This document shows positions 36,160 through 46,163 of a stretch of DNA of 64,000 nt, piece by piece (position 1 is the stretch's first letter; the number at the start of each line of letters is the position of its first letter). Location: positions 969-64,968 of the forward strand of contig CBDUEV010000009.1 in assembly GCA_965366365.1 (NCBI GenBank), in the 5' to 3' direction. The DNA is from an uncultured Acidimicrobiia bacterium. GTDB lineage: Bacteria > Actinomycetota > Acidimicrobiia > Spongiisociales > JAENVV01. The translations under genes were made by a program, and so were the position numbers. The notes beneath the pieces were generated by a model. That model was not told the DNA's origin and made no database searches. It saw nothing but the letters and a program-made list of their open reading frames with translations.

Positions 36160-37947
36160 TCAGCTGCGGTAGATGTCGTCCATCACGTGGGCGTACTTCT
36201 CCGCGACGATCTTCCTCTTCACCTTCAGCGTCGGCGTTATCTCGCCGCCCTCGATCGAGAAGTCCTCCGGCAGGATCCGGAACGCCTTGATCGCCTCTGC
36301 CTTCGAGACGGCCTTGTTGGCGTCGGCGATGGCCGCCTCGATCTCTTCCTTGAGATGGAGGTCCTCGGCCAGCTCGTGAAGTTCACCGGTCTTGCCCTTG
36401 GAGGCTTTCCAGCGCGGGAATTCCTCGGGATCGATGGTGACCATCACGGCGATGAACGGTTGAGCGTCGCCGATCACCATGCACTGGCTGATGAGCGGGT
36501 GGGCACGCAGCCGGTCTTCGAGTTGGGCGGGAGCGACGTTCTTGCCGCCCGCCGTCACGATGATCTCCTTCTTCCGGCCCGTGATCCGCAGGAACCCTTC
36601 GTCGTCCAGCGAACCGAGGTCACCCGAATGGAACCACCCGTCGTCGCTGAGGGCTTCCGCAGTTGCGGCATCGTTGTTCCAGTAGCCCGAGAAGACGTGT
36701 CCGCCCTTGATGAGCACCTCGCCGTCGTCGGCGATACGGATGGACACGCCCGGTATCGGGGTGCCGACCGTACCGATCTTCAGCTTGCCGTTCCGTCCGA
36801 CCGTGGTGGCAGCCGACGTCTCGGTCAGGCCGTAACCCTCGTAGACAGTGAGACCCACACCCGAGAAGAAGAAGCCGAGGCGCTCTCCTAGTGGAGCGCC
36901 GCCGGACACGGCCGTGGTGGCCCGGCCTCCGAACAGCGCCCGAATCTTCGAATAGACGAGCTTGTCGAACACGGCATGCAAGACCTTCGTCTTGAGGCCG
37001 ACAGAGCCGCTCTCGCTCTGGCGTGCAAAGTCGATGGCGGTCTTGGCGGCCGCGTCGAAGATCTTGCCCTTCCCATCCTCGGCAGCCTTGCTGGCGGCCG
37101 AGTTGTAGACCTTCTCGAACACGCGAGGGACCGAGAACACAAAGGTCGGTTTGACCATGGCGAGCTCCTCGAGGAGCTGCGGGGTGCCCGTGGAAAAGGC
37201 GATCTTGGCGCCGACGTCGACCGATCCCACCTGGATCAGTCGAGCGAAGATGTGTGCCAAGGGGAGGAACATGAGCGTCGAGGCGCCCGGATAGAAGACG
37301 TCCTGGGTCTCGAGCAGAGTGTTCCTGACCACCCACACGAAGTTGAGGTGGGTCAGGTGACATCCCTTCGGGAGACCGGTCGTCCCGGAGGTGTAGACCA
37401 GCGTGGCGAGGTCTGTCTGGTTCGTGGCTTCGACTCTGGCCATCACCTCGTCGTTCGACACATCCTTGCCGAGTTCGGTCAGCTCGTCGATGGCCCCACT
37501 GTCGATCGACCACACCTTCTCGCAGGTGCCCAGGTTGCCGGCCCGTTCATTGAAGACCTCCACCAGGGCGTTCGAAGCGGCCACCATCGCCACCGCTCCC
37601 GAGTCCTTGACGATCCACTCCACCTGTTCCGAAGACGACGTCTCGTAGATGGTCACCGTGGCGCAGCCGGCCGCCCAGATCGCGTAGTCGAAATAGGTGA
37701 ACTCGATCCGAGTGGGTGCGAAGAGACAGATACGGTCGCCGGGCTGGATTCCGGCGGCGATGAAGCCTGCCGCGATGCGGCGCACCTTTTCCGCGAACTC
37801 CTTGGTGCTGACGTCCACGAACGAATCGCCGTCTCGATAGGCGAGGGCAGCTCGATTGGGGTGTTCCCGTTCGGCCCTCCACAGTCCATCCGTGACCGTT
37901 TCGCTGGCATCGATAACTGCGGCACCAGGACTTGTGAACTCTTGCAT
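36160..37947 (-). CDS. fadD: long-chain acyl-CoA synthetase (AMP-forming)
   Basis: ORF 36160..38022(-). Start placed at MQEFTSPG (ATG 37947) with RBS GGAGGAG. AMP-binding motifs LVYTSGTTGLPKG, YGLTE and GWFHSGDLG. Confidence 0.85.
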   Translation of the reverse strand: MQEFTSPGAAVIDASETVTDGLWRAEREHPNRAALAYRDGDSFVDVSTKEFAEKVRRIAAGFIAAGIQPGDRICLFAPTRIEFTYFDYAIWAAGCATVTIYETSSSEQVEWIVKDSGAVAMVAASNALVEVFNERAGNLGTCEKVWSIDSGAIDELTELGKDVSNDEVMARVEATNQTDLATLVYTSGTTGLPKGCHLTHLNFVWVVRNTLLETQDVFYPGASTLMFLPLAHIFARLIQVGSVDVGAKIAFSTGTPQLLEELAMVKPTFVFSVPRVFEKVYNSAASKAAEDGKGKIFDAAAKTAIDFARQSESGSVGLKTKVLHAVFDKLVYSKIRALFGGRATTAVSGGAPLGERLGFFFSGVGLTVYEGYGLTETSAATTVGRNGKLKIGTVGTPIPGVSIRIADDGEVLIKGGHVFSGYWNNDAATAEALSDDGWFHSGDLGSLDDEGFLRITGRKKEIIVTAGGKNVAPAQLEDRLRAHPLISQCMVIGDAQPFIAVMVTIDPEEFPRWKASKGKTGELHELAEDLHLKEEIEAAIADANKAVSKAEAIKAFRILPEDFSIEGGEITPTLKVKRKIVAEKYAHVMDDIYRS

Positions 37948-38062
37948 GGGCGTGCTCCTCCGAACCGTCGAATATCCAGACTCTACCTGGTCATAAGGGT
38001 CAGCGAAACGCTGCCACATCACGTCTTTGGGACATCACCCCTACAGCGTCACCCATAGAGCG

Positions 38063-39883
38063 TCACCCATAGAGGGCGTCGATGAGGTCACGATATCGAT
38101 CTTGCACGATCGAACGTCTCAATTTGAAAGAAGGTGTGAGCAGCCCCGACTCCGGGGTCCAGTCGTCGGCGACCAACGCGTACTTCTTGACCTGCTCGAC
38201 TCGGGCGACCTCTGCGTTGGCCGCAGCAACTGCTGCTTCGACGGCGGCCTGAACCTCGGGGAGCTCGACGACCGGAGCTTCGGTATCTCCAAAGGCGGCA
38301 GCCAATTGCTCAGGATCCAAGGCCAGAACGGCCACGAGGTAGGGCCGGCGGTCGCCCACAACGCACGCGTGGCCCACGAGAGGATGACGTTGGAGGAGGT
38401 GCTCGAGATGCACAGGAGCGATGTTCTTACCGCCCGCCGTCACGATCAGCTCCTTCTTCCGTCCGACGATGGTCAGGTAGCCCTCGCGGTCGATCGTTCC
38501 CAAGTCGCCGGTTCGCAGCCAGCCCTCCTCGTCGATGGCAGCGGCCGTTGCCTCCTCGTCTCGGTAGTAGCCGGGTGTCACGTTCCCTCCGCGGATCAAG
38601 AGCTCACCGTCGGAGTCCACCCGAATCTCGACGCCCGCCAACGGCCGGCCCACCGTGCCGAGCTTGTCGAAGCCATTGACGTTGCTGGTCACCGGGCCGC
38701 AGCATTCCGTCATCCCGTACAGCTCATGAAGCGGCACGCCCACGGATCGGAAGAAGGCAACGATGTGCCTGTCGATGGGTCCCGCCGTCGTGATCGCCGT
38801 GGACAGCTGGTCGAATCCCAGCTCAGACCGAATCCTGGACAGAACCAGTCTGTCCAAGCCGGCCAACTTGGCCGCCGTGAGGGGTGACGGCTTCTCCCCG
38901 AACTGCTCGGCATCGAGGACCTGGCGTCCGCTCTCGATGGCCAGCTCTGTGAGGCGCCGCCGTCTCGGGTCTTCTTCCCCGTCCAACTTGACCCAAACCC
39001 GCTGATAGAGCTTCTCCCAAATCCGGGGCACCCCCACGAACAGGTGGGGCCGGACGACCCTGAGGACATTCATGATCGAGGCGACATTGGAGCAATACGT
39101 CACCTCACCCACCAACCACATCCCCAGATAGTGGCTCGCTGCTCGCTCGGCGATATGAGCCAACGGCAGGTAGGAGACGAGTTTGGGATGCGCGGGGAGG
39201 TCGACCGCCATCCCCATCGTTTCGAGGGTCCACAAAACGTTCGCCTGGCTGAGTTCCACGCCCTTCGGCTCGCCGGTCGTGCCCGACGTGTAGATCAGGG
39301 TGGCGAGATGGTGGGGTTGCACTCCGGCCGACACGTTCTCGATCGAGACCGGGTCGGCCCCGAGTCGCGCACGCCCGGATTCGAGGAGCTCCGACCAGGT
39401 AGAGGCGCCTTCTGGCGCATCTCCGCCGAGCACCACGATGTGATCGAGGGCGGGCAGATCGTGGCGGATCGACAACCACAACTTCGCCGTCTCGGCGTCC
39501 TCCACGATGGCCACTTTGGCCTTGCAGTCGTCCGCCACGTAGGCAACCTGGGCCGGAGCGAACGTCGAGTACACCGTCACCGGAGTCGCTCGGGCGTGCA
39601 CCGCTCCGAGGTCGGCGATGACGTGCTCTGGACGGTTGGCGGCCATGATCGCCACCGCGTCGCCCGGCTCCACCCCCAACTCGAGCAGCCCAACGGCAAT
39701 CGCCAGTACCTGGGACCTGTACTCCTGCCACGTGAGATGTTCCAGCTTCCCGCTCTCACGCCAGGCAATGGCCGGGCGATCCGGATAGCTCCGTGCATTG
39801 CGAGCAAGGACGTCGACCAGCGTCAATCCGCCGACTGCATCCTCGATCGTGTTTCGCTCCATCGTGAGCGCATCGTTCAACAT
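38063..39883 (-). CDS. fadD: long-chain acyl-CoA synthetase (AMP-forming), second copy
   Basis: LIYTSGTTGEPKG, YGMTE and GWLRTGDLG. RBS GAGGTGA before ATG 39883. The start region overlaps the end of the upstream CoA-transferase gene. Confidence 0.85.
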   Translation of the reverse strand: MLNDALTMERNTIEDAVGGLTLVDVLARNARSYPDRPAIAWRESGKLEHLTWQEYRSQVLAIAVGLLELGVEPGDAVAIMAANRPEHVIADLGAVHARATPVTVYSTFAPAQVAYVADDCKAKVAIVEDAETAKLWLSIRHDLPALDHIVVLGGDAPEGASTWSELLESGRARLGADPVSIENVSAGVQPHHLATLIYTSGTTGEPKGVELSQANVLWTLETMGMAVDLPAHPKLVSYLPLAHIAERAASHYLGMWLVGEVTYCSNVASIMNVLRVVRPHLFVGVPRIWEKLYQRVWVKLDGEEDPRRRRLTELAIESGRQVLDAEQFGEKPSPLTAAKLAGLDRLVLSRIRSELGFDQLSTAITTAGPIDRHIVAFFRSVGVPLHELYGMTECCGPVTSNVNGFDKLGTVGRPLAGVEIRVDSDGELLIRGGNVTPGYYRDEEATAAAIDEEGWLRTGDLGTIDREGYLTIVGRKKELIVTAGGKNIAPVHLEHLLQRHPLVGHACVVGDRRPYLVAVLALDPEQLAAAFGDTEAPVVELPEVQAAVEAAVAAANAEVARVEQVKKYALVADDWTPESGLLTPSFKLRRSIVQDRYRDLIDALYG

Positions 39884-39895
39884 CTCGACATCACC

Positions 39896-41041
39896 TCAGC
39901 TGACCACGCCGTCACTCTGAAGTGTATCTATGGCGTGTGCCGTCAACCCGAGAGCGGTGAGGATCTCTCGTGAATCGGTCCCTGCCTCGACCGGCGGTTT
40001 GGGAGTCGAGGGCGAAGTTCTCGAGAAGCGTGGAGCGGGAGCAGGCTGCATCACCCCGTCGACCTCGAGGAAAGTGCGCCGGACCGCGTTGTGAGGATGC
40101 TTCGCCGCCTCGACGAAGTTGAGGACCGGAGCGACACACGCATCGGTGTTTTCGAACGTCGCCGTCCATTCCGCACGGGTCTTCGTCGCAAACCGTTCCG
40201 CGAAGACTTCGCCCAAGCGGGGCCATTGCGAGCGGTCGAGTTGCGGCGGGAGCTCCTCGCCTTCGAGCCCCAGACCCATGAGCAGTTGCTGATAGAACTG
40301 GGGTTCGAGAGCGCCAACCGCCATCCAGTGCCCGTCGGAGGTTCGATACGTGTCGTAGAAAGGCGCCGCACCGTCGAGGAGATTCGTCCCCTTGCGCTCG
40401 AGATCCCAGGCACCCATGTTCGCCATCGACCACATCATGGTCGACAAAACCGCCGATCCGTCCACCATCGCCGCGTCGATCACCTGGCCCTGGCCGGATC
40501 GGCCGGCCTCCAGAATTCCACAGACCATGCCGAAGGCGAGCAACATGCCCCCGCCGCCGAAATCGGCGATCAGGTTGAGAGGCGGCACGGGAGGTTCACC
40601 GGCTCGCCCGATCGCCCCCAGGACGCCCGTGAGGGCTATGTAGTCGATATCATGGCCCGCGGTCGGCGCCAGGGGGCCATCCTGCCCCCACCCCGTCATC
40701 CTTCCGTAGACGAGGCGCCGATTGCGCTCGCAGAGGACGTCAGGACCCAGCCCGAGCCGCTCCATCACTCCCGGCCGGAATCCCTCGATCAGCCCGTCTG
40801 TCTCGTCGATCAACCGCAGCACGACGTCGACTCCGGTTTCCTTCTTGAGATCGATGCCGATCGACCGCCGTCCTCGATTGAGGATCTCGGCCGAGGTGCC
40901 CATCGCGCCGAGCCCTCGGGCGGCCCCCGGCCGATCGACGCGGATGACGTCGGCGCCCATATCCGCCAGCATCATGGCGCAGAACGGACCCGGCCCCAAT
41001 CCGGCGATCTCAAGGATCCGGACGCCGGCCAGCGGTCCCAT
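39896..41041 (-). CDS. family III CoA-transferase (CaiB/BaiF); alpha-methylacyl-CoA racemase-like
   Basis: Start MGPLAGVRILEIAGLGPGPFCAMMLADMGADVIRVDRP. The catalytic Asp context ...AAMVDGSAVL... and length (381 aa) fit Mcr/CaiB-BaiF. Confidence 0.75.
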   Translation of the reverse strand: MGPLAGVRILEIAGLGPGPFCAMMLADMGADVIRVDRPGAARGLGAMGTSAEILNRGRRSIGIDLKKETGVDVVLRLIDETDGLIEGFRPGVMERLGLGPDVLCERNRRLVYGRMTGWGQDGPLAPTAGHDIDYIALTGVLGAIGRAGEPPVPPLNLIADFGGGGMLLAFGMVCGILEAGRSGQGQVIDAAMVDGSAVLSTMMWSMANMGAWDLERKGTNLLDGAAPFYDTYRTSDGHWMAVGALEPQFYQQLLMGLGLEGEELPPQLDRSQWPRLGEVFAERFATKTRAEWTATFENTDACVAPVLNFVEAAKHPHNAVRRTFLEVDGVMQPAPAPRFSRTSPSTPKPPVEAGTDSREILTALGLTAHAIDTLQSDGVVS

Positions 41042-41042
41042 C

Positions 41043-41843
41043 TCACACCTCCAGGCGTGCGGCAGCCTCGGCGAGACGCTGCGCCCGACGGGCCAGAATC
41101 GACCCTTGTTCACGATGGGTGAGGACGTAGAAGTGCCCGTTGGCGACGGCATCGACGACGAGCTCAGCGACCTCCGCGGCGCTGATGACGCCTCCGACGA
41201 GTTCACCGACCTCCAGGGGCTCCTGCTCCTCGTTGCGGAGGGCGGCGGGGCGCATTCGGAGGCTGTTCTCCGAGATCGGCGTTTCGACCACCATCGGGCA
41301 GACCACCGTCACCCCGATCCCCGAAGGTTTCAACTCACGGGCAAGAGATTCCGAGAGGCCGACGACGGCGAACTTGGATGCGCAGTACACCCCGAGGTAC
41401 TCCATACCGATGAGACCGCTCATGCTGGCCGTATTCACGATGTGTCCGCCCCCACCTTCGACGAGTCTCGGTACGAACGAGCGAACACCATTCACCACCC
41501 CGCGCAGGTTGACACCAAGGGCGAACTCCCAATCCTCCGGCGTGGCATCGACCGCCGACCCGTACACCGCCACGCCGGCGTTGTTGAAGACCAGATCGAC
41601 ACCGCCGAACCGTCGTTCGACCTCGACGGCGAGAGCTTCGACCGAGCCGGCATCGGTGACGTCGGTGACGTGGCCGGCAACCGCGACCCCTTCGCTTTCG
41701 AGGCGTCGCACTGCCCCCGCCAGGCCGACTTCGTCGAGATCGGCCAACATGACGGAGGCACCGCGAGCACCGAAAGCCTCCGCAAGGGCGAGTCCGATTC
41801 CGCTTGCCCCTCCCGTCACCACGGCCACTTTCTCGTCGAACAT
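41043..41843 (-). CDS. SDR-family oxidoreductase
   Basis: VAVVTGGASGIGLALA, NNAG, YCASK. Confidence 0.85.
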   Translation of the reverse strand: MFDEKVAVVTGGASGIGLALAEAFGARGASVMLADLDEVGLAGAVRRLESEGVAVAGHVTDVTDAGSVEALAVEVERRFGGVDLVFNNAGVAVYGSAVDATPEDWEFALGVNLRGVVNGVRSFVPRLVEGGGGHIVNTASMSGLIGMEYLGVYCASKFAVVGLSESLARELKPSGIGVTVVCPMVVETPISENSLRMRPAALRNEEQEPLEVGELVGGVISAAEVAELVVDAVANGHFYVLTHREQGSILARRAQRLAEAAARLEV

Positions 41844-41929
41844 CGCTTCTCCTCGTCGTCGGCAGATCGCATGTGTCAGTCTGTTGGCATCTGCCGTTTC
41901 TACCGGAAGCGGCCGAGGAAGGAGGGATC

Positions 41930-42655
41930 GTGGAGAAGAAAGTTGCGATCGTAACCGGTTCGTCGAGTGGGATCGGTGAAGCGATCGCTCGACGATTCGC
42001 CCGCGACAACGTGGCCGTGGTGATCAATTCGGTCCACTCGGTCGACGAGGGACTCGCCGTTGCGGCCGAACTGCCCGACGCCCTCTACGTTCGCGCAGAC
42101 GTCTCCAAGGACCGCCAGGCTCGCTCCCTCGTCTCCCAGACCCTCGACCATTTCGGGCGACTCGACATCGTCGTGAACAACGCCGGCACCACCCGGGTCA
42201 TCGACCACGCCGACCTCGAGGCTGTCAGCTCCGAAGACTGGTCGACGATCGTCGACACCAACGTCGTCGGACCGTTCCAGGTGATCCGCGCCGCTGCGCC
42301 CGCCCTCGCTTCCACCGGCGACGGCGCCGTGGTCAACATCTCGTCCGTGGCGGGCGTCCGACCCCTGGGATCGTCCATCCCCTATGCCACGTCCAAGGCG
42401 GCCCTCAACCATCTCACCATCCTGCTGGCCAGGGTGCTCGGGCCCGAGATCAGAGTCAACGCGGTGGCACCCGGCTTGATCGACACGCCATGGACCGAGG
42501 ATTGGGACGAGATCCGGGCGCACGTTCGAAACTCGGTCCCACTGAGAAGGTCCGGCTCGCCGGCCGATGTTGCCGACGCCGTGATGGGGTTGATCGACTC
42601 GCGATACGCCACCGGCCAGGTCGTGGTGGTCGACGGCGGGTTGCAGCTGCTCTGA
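41930..42655 (+). CDS. SDR-family oxidoreductase (3-oxoacyl-ACP reductase-like)
   Basis: GTG start 5 nt after AAGGAGGG. VAIVTGSSSGIGEAIA, NNAG, YATSK. Confidence 0.8.
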   Translation: MEKKVAIVTGSSSGIGEAIARRFARDNVAVVINSVHSVDEGLAVAAELPDALYVRADVSKDRQARSLVSQTLDHFGRLDIVVNNAGTTRVIDHADLEAVSSEDWSTIVDTNVVGPFQVIRAAAPALASTGDGAVVNISSVAGVRPLGSSIPYATSKAALNHLTILLARVLGPEIRVNAVAPGLIDTPWTEDWDEIRAHVRNSVPLRRSGSPADVADAVMGLIDSRYATGQVVVVDGGLQLL

Positions 42656-42701
42656 ACCGGCCGAGGCCCGGCCAATGGCCTGGTCTCGGAGGCAGCTGCA
42701 C

Positions 42702-43562
42702 TCAGGGGGTTCGATAGACGCCGAGGATCGAGGTACCGAACGGTACCCGCACCGCTCGGGTCAACCTGCTCTCTGCCGAGAAAAGCGCCGACAGAATCGC
42801 ATGGAGCGCACGCGGGGTCCCCAGGTCTCGGGCCACGCGGGCCGCGACCGATTGGTCAGGGGCGGGGCCGCGCAGCAAGAAAGGGAGGCGATAGCGAAGT
42901 GCCATCGGCACCACGAGGGAAGGGAACAAGTATCGGCTCTCCACCCGATCGAAGCCGTTCTCGCCGAGCTCTTCGTCGAGGGAGCGCCTCGAGTACCGGC
43001 GGAAGTGGCCGGCGACCATGTCTTTGTCGCTCCACAACCATGTATAGGAGGGGACGGTGACCGCCAGGAGCCCTCCTGAACGCAGGACCCGTTTCAGTTC
43101 GGCGAGCAGCGACGCGGGATCTTCGAGGTGCTCGAGAACATCGAACATGCCTGCCGCACCCAGGGACCCCGATGGGAGCTGCAGGTCGCCGAGAACACCG
43201 CGAATCGCCGGCACTCCTCGCCGATGGGCGTTGACGATCCCCACCGGTCCCGGCTCGACTGCGACAGCAGGAATCCCCGCTGCCTGAAGTGAAGCGGCCA
43301 CGTGACCGTTGCCCGCGCCGATCTCCCACACGCAGCTCCCGTCTCCGTGGCGGGAGAAGGCTGCCACGATCGCCTCGGCCCTGGTGCGGAACCAGAAGCT
43401 GGCATCCTCGCTGGAGACGAGGTTGGCATGGCCGCCTTCGGAGTAGCTGACAGACGCCTCGGTTGATGCGGTCACCCAAACGCCGGCCTCGTCCGAGAGG
43501 TGTTCGGAAATCGCCCAGGCATGGTCCGCATCCAGACGTTCGAACTCGGCCCCCGCGGTCAT
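42702..43562 (-). CDS. class I SAM-dependent methyltransferase
   Basis: Start MTAGAEFERL. Motif I VWEIGAGNGHVA. Post-I/II FDVLEHLEDP. Confidence 0.75.
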   Translation of the reverse strand: MTAGAEFERLDADHAWAISEHLSDEAGVWVTASTEASVSYSEGGHANLVSSEDASFWFRTRAEAIVAAFSRHGDGSCVWEIGAGNGHVAASLQAAGIPAVAVEPGPVGIVNAHRRGVPAIRGVLGDLQLPSGSLGAAGMFDVLEHLEDPASLLAELKRVLRSGGLLAVTVPSYTWLWSDKDMVAGHFRRYSRRSLDEELGENGFDRVESRYLFPSLVVPMALRYRLPFLLRGPAPDQSVAARVARDLGTPRALHAILSALFSAESRLTRAVRVPFGTSILGVYRTP

Positions 43563-44743
43563 TCCTCTTCCACGGGCGGAGGTCCCAGGGCCGCCGCCAG
43601 CTGCTCCGCTTCTTCGCTTTCTATCAGATCGGAAGTCAGCCACGAGGACTTGACCGGATGCTCCTCCATGACCGCAGACACGAAGGCCTGGACGATGGCC
43701 GCCGTCGGCAGGGCGATGATGGCGCCGAGCGCACCCAGCAGGTTGATTCCCACGATGGCGGATCCGAAGCCGATGGCCGGATGCAGGGACATCGTGCGTG
43801 CGGTCACGCGGGGAGCGATGATCACGTTCTCGACCTGCTGGTAGCCCACCAGGAAGACCAGCACCCACACGGCCTTGACCGGTGAATCGATGAAGGCGAC
43901 GAAGATCGGAACGACGGCCGCTATGTACGTCCCCAGCACAGGGACGAACTGCGATATCACGCCGACCCAAATCCCCATGGCCAACGCGTCGTCGACCCCG
44001 AGAAGGGCCAGGAAGGCAGCGGTGACGGCAGCCGAGATGGTGGCGAGCACCACGCGCGAGTACACGTAGCCGCCCGTCTTGCTGATGGCGAGTTCCCATA
44101 TCCGCACCACCTCGGCCTGGCGGTGGGGTGGAAACATACCGAAGAGCCTGCGTCGGATCCGGGGTCCGTCCGCCAACAGATAGAAGGTGAAAAGCCCCAC
44201 GGTGAGCAGGTTGACCAAGAGGCCGATGGTCGCAGAAGCCACGCCTGCCACCTGCCCGGTCACGGTGGCGGCGTACCGTTCGATGAGGGCGCCGACATCC
44301 CCGAAATTGGCGGCCAGCGCGTCCAGGGAGAGTTCGACTCCAAGAGCTTCTTCGAGCCGAGGGCCATAGTCCTCGATCCACTCCGGAACCTGACCCACCA
44401 GGTTGGCGCCCTGCCCGAGGATGGGGGGCAGCATGATCGAGAAGAATCCGATCGCGAACGTCAGCGCCACTACGAACACGATCGCTGTGGCCAGACCGCG
44501 CCGGAGACCGCGACGTGCCATGTAGCGAACCGCCGGCTCGAAGGCGAAGGAGAGAAACAACGACGCCAGCACGTTGATCAGGAATCCGGTCAGTTCCCTG
44601 GCCACCCACCAAGCCGCCAGTGTGAGCAGCGTTGTCAGGACGATTCGGGTCAGGAGCTTGGGAACCCACGGAGGCAGGTCGGAACTGGCGCGACGCTCCG
44701 GGATGTGCGGTCCTGTCGTTGCCTGCTCGCCCATGGGCGCCAC
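43559..44743 (-). CDS. AI-2E family transporter (PerM/UPF0118)
   Basis: 394 aa with 8 TM segments and the UPF0118 pattern (…GIWVGVISQFVPVLG…IIALPTAA…). Its stop overlaps the methyltransferase start (ATGA). Confidence 0.8.
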   Translation of the reverse strand: MAPMGEQATTGPHIPERRASSDLPPWVPKLLTRIVLTTLLTLAAWWVARELTGFLINVLASLFLSFAFEPAVRYMARRGLRRGLATAIVFVVALTFAIGFFSIMLPPILGQGANLVGQVPEWIEDYGPRLEEALGVELSLDALAANFGDVGALIERYAATVTGQVAGVASATIGLLVNLLTVGLFTFYLLADGPRIRRRLFGMFPPHRQAEVVRIWELAISKTGGYVYSRVVLATISAAVTAAFLALLGVDDALAMGIWVGVISQFVPVLGTYIAAVVPIFVAFIDSPVKAVWVLVFLVGYQQVENVIIAPRVTARTMSLHPAIGFGSAIVGINLLGALGAIIALPTAAIVQAFVSAVMEEHPVKSSWLTSDLIESEEAEQLAAALGPPPVEEE

Positions 44744-44770
44744 ATTACCGCCTCGAAGCGGCGGCTTCGC

Positions 44771-45646
44771 TCAGCGTTCGATGGGCGCTCCGACCAGGTT
44801 GCCCCATTCCGTCCAACTCCCGTCGTAATTGCGCACAGACGGAAACCCGAGCAACTGCGTCAGTACGAACCAGGTATGGCTGGAGCGCTCCCCGATCCGG
44901 CAGTAGACGATGACCTCGTCCTCCGGCGCCAAGCCCACCTCGTCGAGATAGATGCCCGCGAGATCGGCCTTCGACTTGAAGGTGCCGTCATCGTTGGCAG
45001 CACGCTTCCAGGGAACGCTGCTCGCTCCCGGGATGTGCCCTCCCCGCATGGCACCCTCCTGCGGGTAATCCGGCATGTGCAGCCGCTCGCCGCTGAACTC
45101 TTCGGGAGACCGAACATCCACCAACGGGCCTCCCGATTCGAGGTGTGAGAAGACCTCGCTGCGGAACGCCCTGATCGGCTCGTCGTCCCGGGTGGGGACC
45201 GCGTAGGAAACCGGATCGCGGCTTGGATCGTCTGTGGTGAGAGGACGACCCTCAGCCACCCATTTGGCACGTCCGCCATCCATCAGTCGGGTGTCCTCAT
45301 GACCGAACAGGGTGAACACCCACAGGGCGTAGGCCGCCCACCAGTTGAAGTTGTCGCCATAGAACACGACGGTGTGTTGGGGAGTGATGCCTTTCGCCCC
45401 CACCATGTCCGCGAAGCGTTCCGCGTCCAGATAGTCACGGATCAGCGGGTCGTTGAGATCGGCGTGCCAATCGATCTTGACCGCTCCCGGGATGTGACCG
45501 GTGTGATAGAGCAAGACATCCTCGTCCGACTCGACGACCACGACGTCGGGGTCGTCGAGGTGCTCGGCCACCCACTCGGTGGTGACCAACTTCTCCGGGT
45601 GCGAGAACTCGGCGAGGTGGGGGGCTGGGTCGTTCGGGACAGGCAT
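44771..45646 (-). CDS. sseA: thiosulfate/3-mercaptopyruvate sulfurtransferase (tandem rhodanese)
   Basis: Two rhodanese domains with the active-site loop [13 protein letters not shown]. Confidence 0.8.
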   Translation of the reverse strand: MPVPNDPAPHLAEFSHPEKLVTTEWVAEHLDDPDVVVVESDEDVLLYHTGHIPGAVKIDWHADLNDPLIRDYLDAERFADMVGAKGITPQHTVVFYGDNFNWWAAYALWVFTLFGHEDTRLMDGGRAKWVAEGRPLTTDDPSRDPVSYAVPTRDDEPIRAFRSEVFSHLESGGPLVDVRSPEEFSGERLHMPDYPQEGAMRGGHIPGASSVPWKRAANDDGTFKSKADLAGIYLDEVGLAPEDEVIVYCRIGERSSHTWFVLTQLLGFPSVRNYDGSWTEWGNLVGAPIER

Positions 45647-45735
45647 CGGATCCTCCGGTTGTCGATCCCGTCAGCCTATCGGAGTTTCTCCTATCCGGGT
45701 AGTGCAAATAGCTCGGAACGCTAGACTGCCGCCGC

Positions 45736-46161
45736 ATGGCACTACCACCGAGATTGCAGCGAATCGCCGACCTTTTCACATCGGCACCGAAGGACATCCG
45801 TATTCAGGCGCTCCTCGACTACAGCCAGCGGGTGCCGCCGCTCCCCGCCCACCTGGCCGCCGACAAGGGGGCCATGGAGCAGGTGCACGAGTGCCAGACT
45901 CCCTTCTTTCTCGCCACCGAGGTCGACGCGGATGGGAGAGTCACGATGTACTTCGATTGCCCTCCGGAATCGCCCACCGTACGGGGGTACGCAGGCATTC
46001 TGGCTGAGGGCTTGAACGGCGAGACGGCCGCCACCATCCTGGCGCTGCCAGACGACTTCTATCGCGGGATCGGCCTCGAAGAGGTGGTCACCCCGCAGCG
46101 ATTGCGGGGCATGGGCGCCATCGTGGCGCGGCTCAAGCGGCAGCTCTCCGAAGCCGCCTGA
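45736..46161 (+). CDS. sufE: SufE-family sulfur acceptor
   Basis: 141 aa. Conserved Cys context VHECQTPFFLA. Confidence 0.8.
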   Translation: MALPPRLQRIADLFTSAPKDIRIQALLDYSQRVPPLPAHLAADKGAMEQVHECQTPFFLATEVDADGRVTMYFDCPPESPTVRGYAGILAEGLNGETAATILALPDDFYRGIGLEEVVTPQRLRGMGAIVARLKRQLSEAA

Positions 46162-46163
46162 CG

